From NCBI RefSeq assembly GCF_036321535.1, contig NC_087437.1, forward strand, positions 2,356,001 through 2,420,000: a stretch of 64,000 nt of DNA. The letters are read 5' to 3'. Below, one piece after another: positions 52,206 through 64,000 of the stretch. The number at the start of each line of letters is the position of its first letter. Position 1 is the stretch's first letter. The DNA is from Camelus dromedarius (Eukaryota). Below the pieces are notes generated by a model. The model searched no databases. It saw only the letters and a list, made by a program, of their open reading frames with translations, and was not told the origin of the DNA. A program made the translations under genes and the position numbers.

Positions 52206-54977
52206 CAGAAATTTCAAGATTTATTTTTAGCACAAAAATAAATTTACTAACTGAAAATGATTAGAGAAGCTCTAATGAACAATAGTCACTCAAAGTTTAG
52301 ATTCGCTGATACTGTCTCCCTGTCACCAGGAGGGACTGTTTCCTTAGACTGAGAGTCAAAGGGAGAGAGAAAAGAGAGCTGTAGCTATCTGAGCATATTT
52401 GTATATGTTTCAAATATATTAAGTATATTTCCCACCTCCTGTCCCCAGCTCTTCATAATTTCTTCTGGCCTAAATCAGGGGTTGAGCAGAAAAGGGAATG
52501 AAAATTCCTGGCAAATGCGTGGCCGCTGTAAGAATGTTGTATGTATTGAAAGAATAAATGTGACAGTTTTTTGCTGGCTGCTGCCGTTATATTTTTAATA
52601 GGTTTACTATGAACATGTCTGGGTCAGTTTCTAATTATTCTTGCATCTGTTACCAAAAGAGAGAAAGGAATTTTCTTCGCTAATTCTTTGTCAATAACCA
52701 AACTTCCTCAGCCTGGTTGTCACCTGAGAGCTAACTCTGTTTAATCTTTCTAGCTGTCCTTCACAAAGTTAGGATGTCTTTTTGCAAGCGTTTTGTCTCA
52801 ACTCACAAAAATTCCTTCTGACAATATGTTGATGACTGGAACTCTTAAAATGAGGTGCAAAGTTAAATGACATAATTTTACCCAAATGGTGTGATATCAC
52901 CTCATTAAATTTTCATGCAAAGAAAAGTAAAATTACTCATTCCATTTGATCAGTGAATATAGAAATCAGGAAACATAAAGTAAATTTCAGTTTGAAAAAT
53001 TATGTGCTTGTCTTATGTCACAACATTCTAATAAGTCAATCACGTACTTTTAATACTCATTTTCTGTAACTTCAGTAATGATGACAGGAACTCAGTGGTG
53101 TCATTCTGGGTGAATGAGCTAAACTTTAAATGACCACAACTGACCCAGAACAACTCATTGTCCCTGAATTTCCTCATTAAGACTACTGATGTAAAAGGTA
53201 GATATAAGAAAAACCCGAGCGAAAAATAAAGTTACCTAAAATCACTCCCAAAGGGAAAGTTGCCTTGGTGAATTCTTTATTTTTAATTTGGTTCAATTTG
53301 GTCTTTTTTATGAGGGCAAAGAGTTAAAATATGTCTTAAACTCATGTTCATCAGTGAAGTGGGTTATTATCAACTCATGCCAAATTAGCTTATTTTTAGA
53401 GCTTTATTTATTTTGCAGTTCAGTGCTATTAATCTAGCATAGCTACACTTGTTTTCTACTTAATGACTAATCAAATGCATAGGTTGATTTCTTTAAATAT
53501 TTCTCATGTAATAAAATATTCTGATCAATGTTCTAAACTTTTTAAAAAATGATTTGTAAATAGTATCATTTAACCAAATTTCTAAGGCTAGAAAATTTGC
53601 TTTGGAAAGACTGTTTCAATATGTCTAACTTGACTTGAAATAAAATAAGTAAACACATTGAGTTGATTATTATATTTTGAGCCAAAGTCTGAGGAAAATC
53701 ATATTCTACTCCAATGGTTATTTATTAGAAGGAATACTCAACAGTTACAGCAGTTTATATAGGGAAAACCAGTGTTCATAGGATATTATAAGAAATTATT
53801 TATAAGAAACTAGACTTACGAAGTATGTTTAAGAAAAAATATTCAATAGTTGATTTGGGGAAACAGGTGGAACATTTAAGTTTCTGGATGTAAAGACTGA
53901 ATCAGTGTGGTAAAGATTGATTATACAAAAACATTGCTTTTTTTTAGGGAAACTATTCAGTTGGATATACACTTTACAGATAGGAAATATATTTAACAAA
54001 TACTACATTTAAATATTTAGATAATAGCAAAATGCAACCACAGATGACTTTAAACAATATAACAAAATGCTAAAAAATACTTGATTTGTATTAAAACAGA
54101 TGAATGATTAAACATTAACTAAGTTTTTAACTATTTAAAAAAGCAAAAGGGATTCAAATGGGTATTTGAGTCCCTCTTAGCTTGCTAAGGATGTACGTTT
54201 CCTGGGATGGCGACCTTACCAGAAATGTCTGGTTGTGCTGTGAGAAACAGTGCCAGTGAGAAAATTGAAAAGTCTGTGGAAACAAATGATATATTGCTAA
54301 AGGAGTTGAGGTATTGTTCCTTCTTCAGAAAAGGTGGAATTTAACCATAGCAAAAAAAAAAAAAAAAACTGTAAAGTATGTTATCTTGAAAAGTAAAACT
54401 GAAGTTGTTTAATTAATCAATTAATTAATTGTTTTATTTAATGTTATACCACTGTTGTAAGAAGTTTACACTGGAACTTTTAATAAGAAAAAAAGGAAAG
54501 AGTTTTAAGGTTACTGTAAATGGTAAAAGTAATCATTTCTCCTCTTTATGACTGCCAAATATATTTCTGAAATTGAATGATATTTGGCATTCAGGACATA
54601 AAATATATGAGACAATCACTGGGCTTTAGTATCATGGCAAAGGCACTTTTAAGCTGCCAGCTGAAAGCGGATTTAGAAGGGAAAACAGTCAAACTTATTT
54701 CATAGTTTTTTGAGACTGTTTGAAATTGATTGATTGATTCACTTTTCCAAATAGAAGAATGACTTCACTCTAGATTTTCCATGCCTTTTCTAATTTTCTT
54801 CATTTAATTTAAAACAACGATAAAAGTTTAATAACAGACACCATATTTAAGAGATTTAGAAACAAATGTTCTTCAGAGGGAGTAAATTGCCTTGGGCAAT
54901 ATTGTACTTTATTCATACTCATTTATAATACTGACATGGAGTACTTTTAACATGATTTATATATTTCAAAGCAGGAA

Positions 54978-55830
54978 GGATTGCATTGAATCTGTAGGTT
55001 TCCTTGGGTAGCAGGGTCATTTTAACAGTATTGACTCTGCCAATCCCAGAACATGGAATATCTCCCCGTCTGATTGTGTTGTCTTCAATTTCTCTGTCAA
55101 TGCCTTACAGTTTTCCAAGTACAGGTCTTTCGCCTGCTTCAGTAGGTATTTTATTATTATTATTTTATTATTTTATTATTATTATTCAGTAGGTATTCCG
55201 AGGTATTTTATTCTTTTCTGTGTGACGGTAAATGAGATTGCTTCTTTAATTTCTTTTTCTGCTATTTTGTTGTCAGTTGATTTTATGTCCTGTGACTTTA
55301 TTGAGTTGGATTATTATTTCTAAGGTTTTTTATGGTGAAGTCTTTAGGATTTTCCACAGAAAAGATCATGTCATCTACAAAAGAGTTTTACCTCTTTTCC
55401 AATTTGGATGGCTCTAATTTTTTGGGTGTGTGCCTAATTGCTCTGGCTAGAACTTCCAGTAGTACATTGAATAAGGGTTCTGAGAGTGGACACCCTTGTC
55501 TTGCTTCTGATCTTAGAGAAAACTTTCAACCTTCCACCACTGTATAGTTATCATATATGGCCCTTATTATGTGGAGATACATTTTTTCTATACCCAATTT
55601 TACAAATATATTCTTGATGGACTGATTCCTTCATTATCATGTAATGCTTCTTTTTCTCTTAACTATCTTTTGCTTAAAGTCTGTTTTGTTTGGTGTAAGT
55701 GTAGCTACCCTTGCTTTCTTTACATTAACATCTGCTTGAAACATTTACTTCCATTCCTGCACTCAGTCTGTGTGCGTCCTAAATCTAAGTGGAGTCACTC
55801 GTAGGCAGCCTATCATTGGATGTTTTCTAA
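54978..55830 (-). mobile_element. L1 ORF2 fragments
   Basis: gattgcattgaatctgtag...ctggctagaacttccagta...ttaaagtctgttttgt. Confidence 0.8.
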
Positions 55831-57058
55831 TATTTTTCTGTGTGAATTCATCAGTGCTTTTTTTAAAAATCGCTAAATTTCTTTAAACTAAGTAGGATAA
55901 GATATCTTACAAATAAATAAAATGCCCATGATTCTTTTGTAGTAACTCAAGAATGAATGAAAATGAAATGGTAATGCAAGAGGGAGTGTGACAAAAACAG
56001 TAAAATTTCAGATTTGTAAAATGTTATGCTTTAAATTTTTAGTGATAATATATCTTTTGTGTCAGTTAATTAACACTTGAATCAATAATGCTTCAATTGC
56101 AGAATAAATAAGCAACAAAAAATAAATAAAACAATTTGTTACCTGAGTATATAGGTTTATATCTTGGCCTTGTGAGAACTGAGGTGTATGCACTTTTTTA
56201 AAAATGTCATAATTGTTGTTTTCTTATCTGAAAGGGCTTACACTATCAAGACTGTTGAAAATTCACAAGAAATAAATGAGATAATGCTTTTGAGCTCATT
56301 TGAACACTGGTAAATTTTATTTATATGGCAAAATTGTCTCTTTCTCTCTCTCTCTCTCATATACACACACACACAAATTTAAAGAGAGAGAGAGAGATGT
56401 GCTATCCTTGTTCTTAGTGTGTTCATTATGTAAAGGAAAAAAACACATTTCTATATATTTAACACTGTTTCTAAACCCTACTATAAATATTTAAAATGAA
56501 CATAAATAGAATCTTCAGGGAGTACAGATGTAGAAATGACAGATATAAGCCCTGATTTGGGGATACAATTTCTTTGAAAGAACTAAGTTTGACACCTAAT
56601 ACAGCACAGAAAGCAGAATATCTAAAAGAAATCATTATCTTGCATAAGTATAGCTGTTGAAATAAATCAACATCTACAGCTTTTATATCCTCTTCATACT
56701 ATCAATCAAGGTTGCTTCACTTTATAAAAATGAAAAGCCTTAAGAAAGCATCATCAAACACTTCTGGTACATGATGTGTTAAATCAGCTGGTTAGGGCTG
56801 TAAGATTGCTATGAATACGTATTTTATGTCAATCACATAAAAGTCACAAGGCTTCGGTATTGCAAAATGTGCCTTTACTGCTGTAACCTAGACTGACATG
56901 TGATACAGGAAATAGACTGATTTTCTTTTTATGGACAATTTTCTTGATTCTCTTATTTCTTTTTACTGTCAGTGTGGAACTACTTGATCATTGTCTTAAT
57001 TTCACTGTTTGCTCACCAAAATGACGCTCTCACAAGCTTATTGAGGTTCAAAGTCACT

Positions 57059-57178
57059 TCTAAAAAAAACAAAATGAACACACACACAGAACAGAAACAG
57101 ACTCATAGACATAGAATACAAACTTGTGGTTGCCAAGGGGGAGGGGGGTGGGAAGGGACAGACTGGGAGTTCAAAATT
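57059..57178 (+). mobile_element. Young L1 3'UTR fragment lacking its 3' end and poly(A)
   Basis: aacagaaacagactcatagacatagaatacaaacttgtggttgccaagggg...gactgggagttcaaaattt, then an abrupt switch to non-L1 sequence. Confidence 0.85.
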
Positions 57179-58629
57179 TTATTTTTAACATACACCAGTT
57201 AGTTCATTGTTGACAGTAAGATAGATGTTTACTTTCGATTAAAAAACAAAACATGTACAGTATGTCTATCGAGCTCACCTAATTTTAAATTTCACAACTA
57301 CACAGGTACTCCTTCCCTCCCATGCCACCAAGAAGCAAACAATACAAAATTATAGCTAATAGAAAGTGTAATTTTAAAATAGTTTTAAAACATAGTCCAA
57401 AACTGCTTCTGCACTCCTCCTTCCCCAGTTGGAGAATACTGTCAATGATGTAAAGTACAGAAAAGGAACAAATGGGATATGAAATTGACCAGCACAATTT
57501 TTAGCAACAGTTTCAAAACAAATTTCAGTGGTTTAAGAAAACATCAATAACTGCCTAAAATATATTATTTTTCACTGTGCTAAGGTATAAAATTTCATAA
57601 ATCTAAAACCAGTGTAAATGTAACAATTAGATAGCTGAAATATAAACTAGAAAACGCAGGCTTCCAATGTACAATAAATATATTAATAATCAGTAACTTT
57701 TTATAGTTTATAAATATAGTTAATAATCAGTAACTTTTTATAGTTTTATATTTTATATTCAACTTCCAAAACTGACTATATGTGGTTAAAGTATCTGCCA
57801 TTAACATAATCTAATCTCAAAATATATCCATACTCTCTCTTATGTACCATATTAGAGGGAAAAAAGCATGTTTAAATAAAAAATGAAATCCACAAAATGA
57901 AAACTATCAAATTAAAACACACCACTTCATTACTACATTTTCAAGAGCCTATAGGTAGGTACTAAGCACAACTCTGAAAGATATGGCCCCCTTTACAAGC
58001 ACATTCGATTTCAAATAGCAAGGACAGTAATTAAAATTTTAATACTAAAATGTCACTCTTTAAATCATCCATGCTTTACTAGTTAGTTCTGACCTCAGAT
58101 ATACCAACATACTTCCCAACACTAAAAGCATTAAAGCTCTTACCCTGACATCTGTAAATAATAAAAAAGGAATTTAAAAGACACAATTTTTCATTAAAAT
58201 GAATGTAAAATGGTATTACCTTGAAAGTATCAAACACAATATACCCTGAAGCCTTTCATTTTAGCGCCTACAGAATTGAAACTTCGTTTTATTATGCGAG
58301 GATTGCATGAAATTTAAGACACTATTCTACAATCTCGTTTCAACAGTGATTAGGAAAATGAAAGATCATAGGTACTCAGACTTTTAAGTAACAAAACTTA
58401 GCCTTTTAAACTTCACAACCTTTTAACGGTCAAATTCCTAAAACCTCAGTGTTAATACTTAAAATCTGTACTCATAGGAAACCAAAATTGTATCCAGTAT
58501 GAGGCAGCAGTTGAACAGCTAATCTAAGATGTGACTTTTTCTTCAATCAGCTTCCACCTTGCTCTGCGCTTTTATTTTGCACCGCAGTTTTTCACTCAAA
58601 TAGAGAAAGACAAGACGCACTCAGGTAGG

Positions 58630-59090
58630 AGGGGTCCGGTCCCCCTCCGCCCGCGTCAAGGCGAGTCGGGGGATGGGATCTGCTCCACCCCGGACCCCAC
58701 GCGAGCCCTCGGGCACCCAGGGGGACGCGGCCCTCCCGGGGCTCCTCTCCTCGCGCCCGCGGGGCCCCGCACCGCCCGCTGCCCCCGCCCCCGCCCCCGC
58801 CCAACCCGGCCCCCGAGCGCGCGCGGCCGACGAGCGGGCACGGCCGCCGCCCCGCCGGCCGCCGGGACCCTCCCCGCTCCCGGCTCCCCGCTCCCCGCTC
58901 CCCGCTCCCCGCTCCCCGCTCCCCGCTCCCCGCTGCGCTCCGCGAGGTCGGGGCGTGGAGGGGGGGGAAGAGCCCGGCGGCCGCAGGCGGAGGCGCAGCG
59001 CGGGTCGGGGCGGGAGAGCAGGCGGCCGGGCGGGGGACCGGCTGTGGAGACGGCCACCTGCTCCCAGCCCGACGCCCCGCCCGCCTGCAG
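58630..59090. promoter_or_regulatory. CpG island (orphan), GC boxes
   Basis: Very high GC and CpG density, multiple CCCCGCCCC. Decays gradually leftward and ends abruptly at 59090. Confidence 0.75.
58872..58934. repeat. (CCCCGCT)9 tandem repeat
   Basis: Nine 7-bp units, one variant (cccggct). Confidence 0.95.
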
Positions 59091-61650
59091 TAGTTCTTAA
59101 AGTGAAAGCATGATGGCAATAAAGTCTGTCAGCTTTTTTTTTTTTTTTTGACTTTTTAAAATGTATTTAATATTGTAAGTGGTTAGTCCTTAAAGTTTCA
59201 CAGTACCTGACCCCCTCCCAGCCCCTGCCTCCATGTTTTTTACTTTTTTAAAATTTTAAGTATAGTCGATTTACAAAATTATATTCATTACAAGTGTACA
59301 GCATAGTAATTCATCATTTTTACATACTATACTCTAGTCAAAGCTATTATAAAATAATGGCTATACTTCCCTGTGCTGTGCAATGTCTCCTTGTTAGACG
59401 TCTGTTTTATACATTGTAGTGCGTGTCTTTTAATGGTGTACCCCTAGTTTGCCTCCCACCCTTCCCTCTCCCCACTGGTAACAACTAGTTTGTTTTCTAC
59501 ACCTGTGAGCCTGTTTCTGTTTTGCATACACACTCATTTGTATTATTTTTCACATCCCGCAGATAAATGATTTCACACAGTACTTGTCTTTCTCGGTCTG
59601 ACTTATTTCATTAAGCATACTATTTTCTAGGCCCACCCACGTTGCTGCAAATGGCAGAGTTTCGGCCTTTTATAGGACTAAGTAATATTACTTTATGTAT
59701 ATATTTACATGTACATACACCAGGTCTTCTCTATCAATTCAGGTGTTGATACGGACTTGTGTTGCTTCCATGTCTTGGCTATTGTAAATAGTGTTGCTAC
59801 AAACATTGGGGTGCAGGTGTCTTTTCAAATTAGTGTTTTTGATTTTCCAGATACAAACACAGGAATCGAATTGCTGGATTGTATGATAGCTGTAGTTTTA
59901 GTTTTGTGAGCAACCCCTATACTGTTTTTCATAGTGGCTACGTACTTTACATTCCCACCAACAGGGTACAAGGGTTCAAAAGCTATACTTCAAGTCTTTA
60001 TTTTGCATTCACTTTAAAAACATTGTTACTATGTAGATAATTCTGGTTGACATTTTTCCTTCAGCTCTGCAGAGATGTTTTTGTACTTTCTCCTCGTTTT
60101 TGTAATTTCTAGCAATGTTTGCTTCCAATCCTAATTTTTCTTGCTCTATATGTAGTGTTTCATTTTTTCACTAATTGCCTACAAGTTTTTCTCTTTATAC
60201 TTGGTTTTTATTGCTAGTCTGTGAGGTACATGGCCATATCTATCTTCTATTTGTTTTGCTTGGGGTTCAATGAGCTTTTGATCTGACATTTGTTTGCCTT
60301 TCATGACTTTTACAAAATTCCTGGCCATTTTCCCTTCAAATATATTTTTCCCTTTCTTCTTAACTTCTTCTATTTTGATTTTTCCAGTTACCTACAGTAA
60401 ACCTTTAGACACTGTCCTGTGGGAAGTTGTCAGCTATTGAATGCTCAGTTGTCATTTTTTTCTGTTTGTCTTTGCTTTCCATGTGGTTAACTGGTATTGC
60501 TCTATCTCAGGCTCTCTGATTTTTTCCACCAATTTGCCCACATCTGTTTTAGTTCATTCCATTAAAAATAATTCTTAACCACTGATACTGTGCTTTACTT
60601 TTATAGGATTTTCGTTTAACTCTAAAAGTAGTTGCCATTTCATTTCTCATATGTTCATGTGTGTTCTTCACCTTCCCACTAGATCCTTCAACATAATAAT
60701 AATAGCGATTTTAAATCCCTGCCCTGTCTGATTGTTCCAACATTTGGTCTATCTCTGATTTTGGTTCTGTTCCTCATTTTATCTCATTATGATTCATAGT
60801 TTTAACATGTTCTGTTTTTCTGCTTGACTCCATTTTTATTGTATGCTTGGCATTGTAAAAAAGTAGATATTGAGATAATAATTTATGTTTGAAAAGTTTC
60901 AGTTAGGATGATTGTGGGGGGCACTGATCCAATGCAGCTGTACCCCGCCTGGCTGGGCTCTGCTGTTGCTGCAGCTACATCAAGCAGACAGAAAGCTTCC
61001 CATTCCTCCATTGGAACTCCGCCATGGCATTGCTCTGAGTGGCAGGTCTGAGGGTTTCCTGAGTATTCCTGTTCCACCCTCAACTGTTAGCAGACCTGCT
61101 GACCTGTCTTACAGACAGTCTCTCTCTGTGCCCTTGACCTATTCCAATGGTAGACTGCTGCTTTTGTTACTCAGTGCAAGGCTTTGTTGCGTGCTTACAG
61201 GCTCCTGGGTTCTCCAGGTCTTCCTGCTGCCCCTCAAACCTTGGGAAGTGCAGTCAGCCTGTCCAGCCAAGGATGTCACACATCTTCTTCCTGACACCTT
61301 CCTGACACCTGCTGTTTCTTGTGAGCACCTGATGGAGGCCAATGGGACTTTTTTATGAGTATGTGTGGATTCCTCTTATGTCAAGTTTTCTCAAGATTCT
61401 AGCCATTACTCAGTCGTCAAGAAATTCATTAACATTTTATTTAATTTATTCTAATCTCTAAAATTTACTAGTGGTCAAAAAGTTTATGTGGCTTCTCAAA
61501 GGAGATTTGGACCCTTTGGAATTCAGTTTATATTCCTACCTTGTGACATAACCTGTAGTGGATTTTTAAAAGCATGATTTTGTAGATTATTTGGTCCTTT
61601 CTTGTTTTTCAGACTGTGACAATATTTTTTAGGCATTTTGGATTCTTAGC
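59091..61650 (-). mobile_element. Ancient L1 ORF1/5' region, interrupted by a younger L1
   Basis: Antisense ORF1 motifs at 59091-59170 continue at ~59990 (gtctttattttgcattca...aattctggttgaca...tttgcttggggttc). Confidence 0.6.
59245..59978 (-). mobile_element. L1 3'UTR plus ORF2 C-terminus
   Basis: cttccatgtcttggctattgtaaatagtg...tttacattcccaccaacag. Confidence 0.88.
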
Positions 61651-63366
61651 AATTTGGAACACAGATCTCATTTCTTTTGATGAGTCAGTCTAGCTTTACC
61701 AGTTTCACAAAGTACCAACATTTTGGATGCTTTGATCCCATTACTGTATATTGGTTTTCTGTTTCATTAAGTATGCTTTCATTTTTATTTTGGTTTATTC
61801 TACTTTGTATTTGTATCATGTGTAGAGATTGATATTTAGCTTGTCTTCAACTTTAATTCTTTACTAGCATGTGGCTCTGGGGACATGAATTTCACTGAAA
61901 TTAGTGATTTGGTTGCATCCTGAAAGTTTGATGTATAGTATTATCAGTATTTTTCATTTAAAAATATTTTATAATTTTCAAAATAAAATTTTCTTTGACC
62001 TATAGGTTATATATATATATAATATATATATAATATATATATATAATATATATATAAATTTCTAGTTGTATTTTTATCATCATTTTTAAACATTGTATTA
62101 TGATGAATCCATACACTTGGCTTGACTTTAATTCTTGAAGTTGAAAAAATGTTTTCAACAGTGTTTGATCAGTTATCACATGAAACTCCAGTCCTGGCCA
62201 ACATCCTGATTACATCCTTGTGAGAGACTTTGAAGCTCAAGGCCTGGCTCAACAATGTTCCAATTCTTGACCCATAGAAACTCTGAGATAATGAATGTTT
62301 GTTGTTTTAGCTGCAAGTTCTGTGATAACTTTTTATCTAGCAATATATAACTACTAAGGGGGCTTTTAAAAAAAATAGCTTCTCAAGTTCCAGTCCTATG
62401 TGATTCTTTAAGTTTAGGATGTTAACCAGAATATGTGGAGTTTTTTTTTTTTTTTAACTCTCTGTGTAACTCTTTTATTACAATCTATCTGGATTGTGAA
62501 TCACTGCTCTAGGTCGTACCCCTCCCTTCCCCCAAAACTTTTATATTGTTAGCAGAATATTCTTACTAAAACTCATAAATGACCACGCTTTTTGTGTTTT
62601 AATCTCAATGATTACACATTACTAATAAAATAAGCTTCTGACTAGCCAGCAGAGAGCACAACACCCTTAACTCTCAGGCTGCTATGTATCCCCCATATAC
62701 TCTACTAGTCACCCCACAAAAGGCGTTGTAAACAATATGCAGCTGGTCCTCCTTGCAGACTCTTTCCTGTCTCCACGCATTTGCAACACTTGTTTCAACT
62801 TAGAATTTTCATTCTCTAGCCCAGCTCCCATCAAACTGCAAACTGCTCATCTACAAAATATAAATAAAAATGTGCCTCCTCTATGAATCACATAACTATT
62901 TTGAGACTTGTCTCCTTGTGACATAAATAATTTTTATAATTTGTCTCTTGAGCAGTAGATTGTGGACATTTGCATAGCCTAGACCCAATTTCATCAATCT
63001 GTGTTTACAGCAGCATTGTTAAAAATGAGACATCCGTCATACACAAAGAGCAAACTCAAGCCACAAGATTGTTATTCAATGAAATATAGAATAAATTTTT
63101 AAAAAATGTGTTCAGCCCTAGTTGTTCATAAAGTGCTATACACACCATCATGTTATTGCCCTTATTCTTAACATATATTTTTCCTAGTTCAGTATTTTAT
63201 ATATCAAATAATATGGTTGATTTTCATTATTGCTTTCAAGTTTTATATTGTATCATTGTTTTCAAATGCCCACCAGTGAGTAACCAGCAATCTAGTAAAG
63301 GTTCTTAGGAGATCTGTGAGACCCCAAGAGGGGCATAACTCTTAGGATTAAAGTTAGTGCCAAGTA

Positions 63367-63580
63367 CAATTTTGAAAATCGTAGCATAGATAAACAAAAT
63401 TATAGTGTATAGCATAGAGAAATGTACACAAAATGTCATGGTAGCTCACAGAGAAAAAAATGCGACAATGAGTGTGTGTATGTCCATGTATGACTGAAAA
63501 ATCGTGCTGCACATTGGAATTTGACACAACACTATAAAATGATTATAAATCAATAAAAAAAATGTTAAAAAAAAAAAAAA
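63367..63580 (+). mobile_element. 5'-truncated young L1 with poly(A) and TSD
   Basis: 17-bp TSD aaagttagtgccaagta (63350-63366) / aaagttagtgcaaagta (63579-63595), TT|AAAG endonuclease site, AATAAA and poly(A). Confidence 0.92.
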
Positions 63581-63609
63581 AGTTAGTGCAAAGTAAGACA
63601 TTGTCAACC

Positions 63610-63875
63610 CCTAACCCCAGCTCCCGCCCCCAGCGCCCGCCCGGCTGCCGGTTCCGGAGCCGCTGCGCCGCGCGGAGCCGCCGCCCAGGGCGCCGGCCGG
63701 GGGACTGCGCGCCGCCGGCCGGGCCGCTGTGCCGATCTTCACGGGCGCGACGGTCCGAACCGAGCCGGCTCCGCGGCGGGGCCGCCGGCGGAGGGGCGAC
63801 AGCGGCGTCCTGCGTGTCCGAGCCGGGCAGCCGCTGCTCCGCACAGCGCCCCGCCCCCGCCCGGGGTTTGCGGAG
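63610..63875. promoter_or_regulatory. Short CpG island, possible promoter
   Basis: Dense CpG and GC boxes (cccgccccc at ~63623 and ~63850). No recognised coding sequence. Confidence 0.6.
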
Positions 63876-64000
63876 ACAGAGCAAGAGGCTGTGTTTATGG
63901 TCAGTAAAAACATTCTGCTGCCCAGGGGAGAGGGTTGGGGGGAGGAAGATAACGCCGGTTCCAAATGTTGTTTGCTCTGTAGGCTGCGTTATTTTGAGTC

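Noticed and set aside
54181..54310. AG/GT-bounded segment with MATLPEMSGCAVRN..., considered as EYS exon 8
   Set aside because: No EGF cysteine pattern, weak splice sites, no recognised homolog.
57674..57746. 36/37-bp tandem duplication
   Set aside because: Ordinary local slippage duplication with no further structure.
58531..59119. Four overlapping Pro/Arg/Gly-rich ORFs
   Set aside because: Expected stop depletion in GC-rich DNA, non-ATG starts, no recognisable domain.
57059..63580. Idea that L1 pieces at 57059 and 63367 are halves of one split element
   Set aside because: The 63367 piece has its own 17-bp TSD, so it is an independent insertion.

Overview
Mammalian, repeat-rich genomic DNA, probably camelid (two tRNA-derived SINEs and young L1 3' ends resemble camelid families from recall, not from a search). 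No intact canonical protein-coding gene is visible. (1) Two spliced EGF-type exons at 37639-37827 and 38735-38864 match EYS exons 6 and 7; both are frameshifted, so this is an EYS pseudogene or an orphan EYS fragment. (2) A complete, TSD-flanked UBE2D2 processed pseudogene (6133-8992) has a dead CDS. Its 5'UTR GGC tract has expanded into a 1.17 kb homogeneous GGC/GGCGGCTCA minisatellite, which creates a strong-Kozak, ATG-initiated 477-aa poly-Gly/Ser ORF. (3) A ~330 bp TSD-flanked mini-L1 made only of the two L1 ends; its junction falls at a putative 5'UTR splice donor and 3'UTR acceptor (candidate spliced retroelement). (4) Two orphan CpG islands (58.6-59.1 kb and 63.6-63.9 kb), the first on a ~1.9 kb segment with abrupt L1 junctions on both sides. 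(5) Many L1, L2, MIR, MaLR/ERV LTR and MER fragments, including a nested L1-in-LTR structure with a duplicated LTR end. Repeat family names are by eye, and boundaries of old repeats are approximate.
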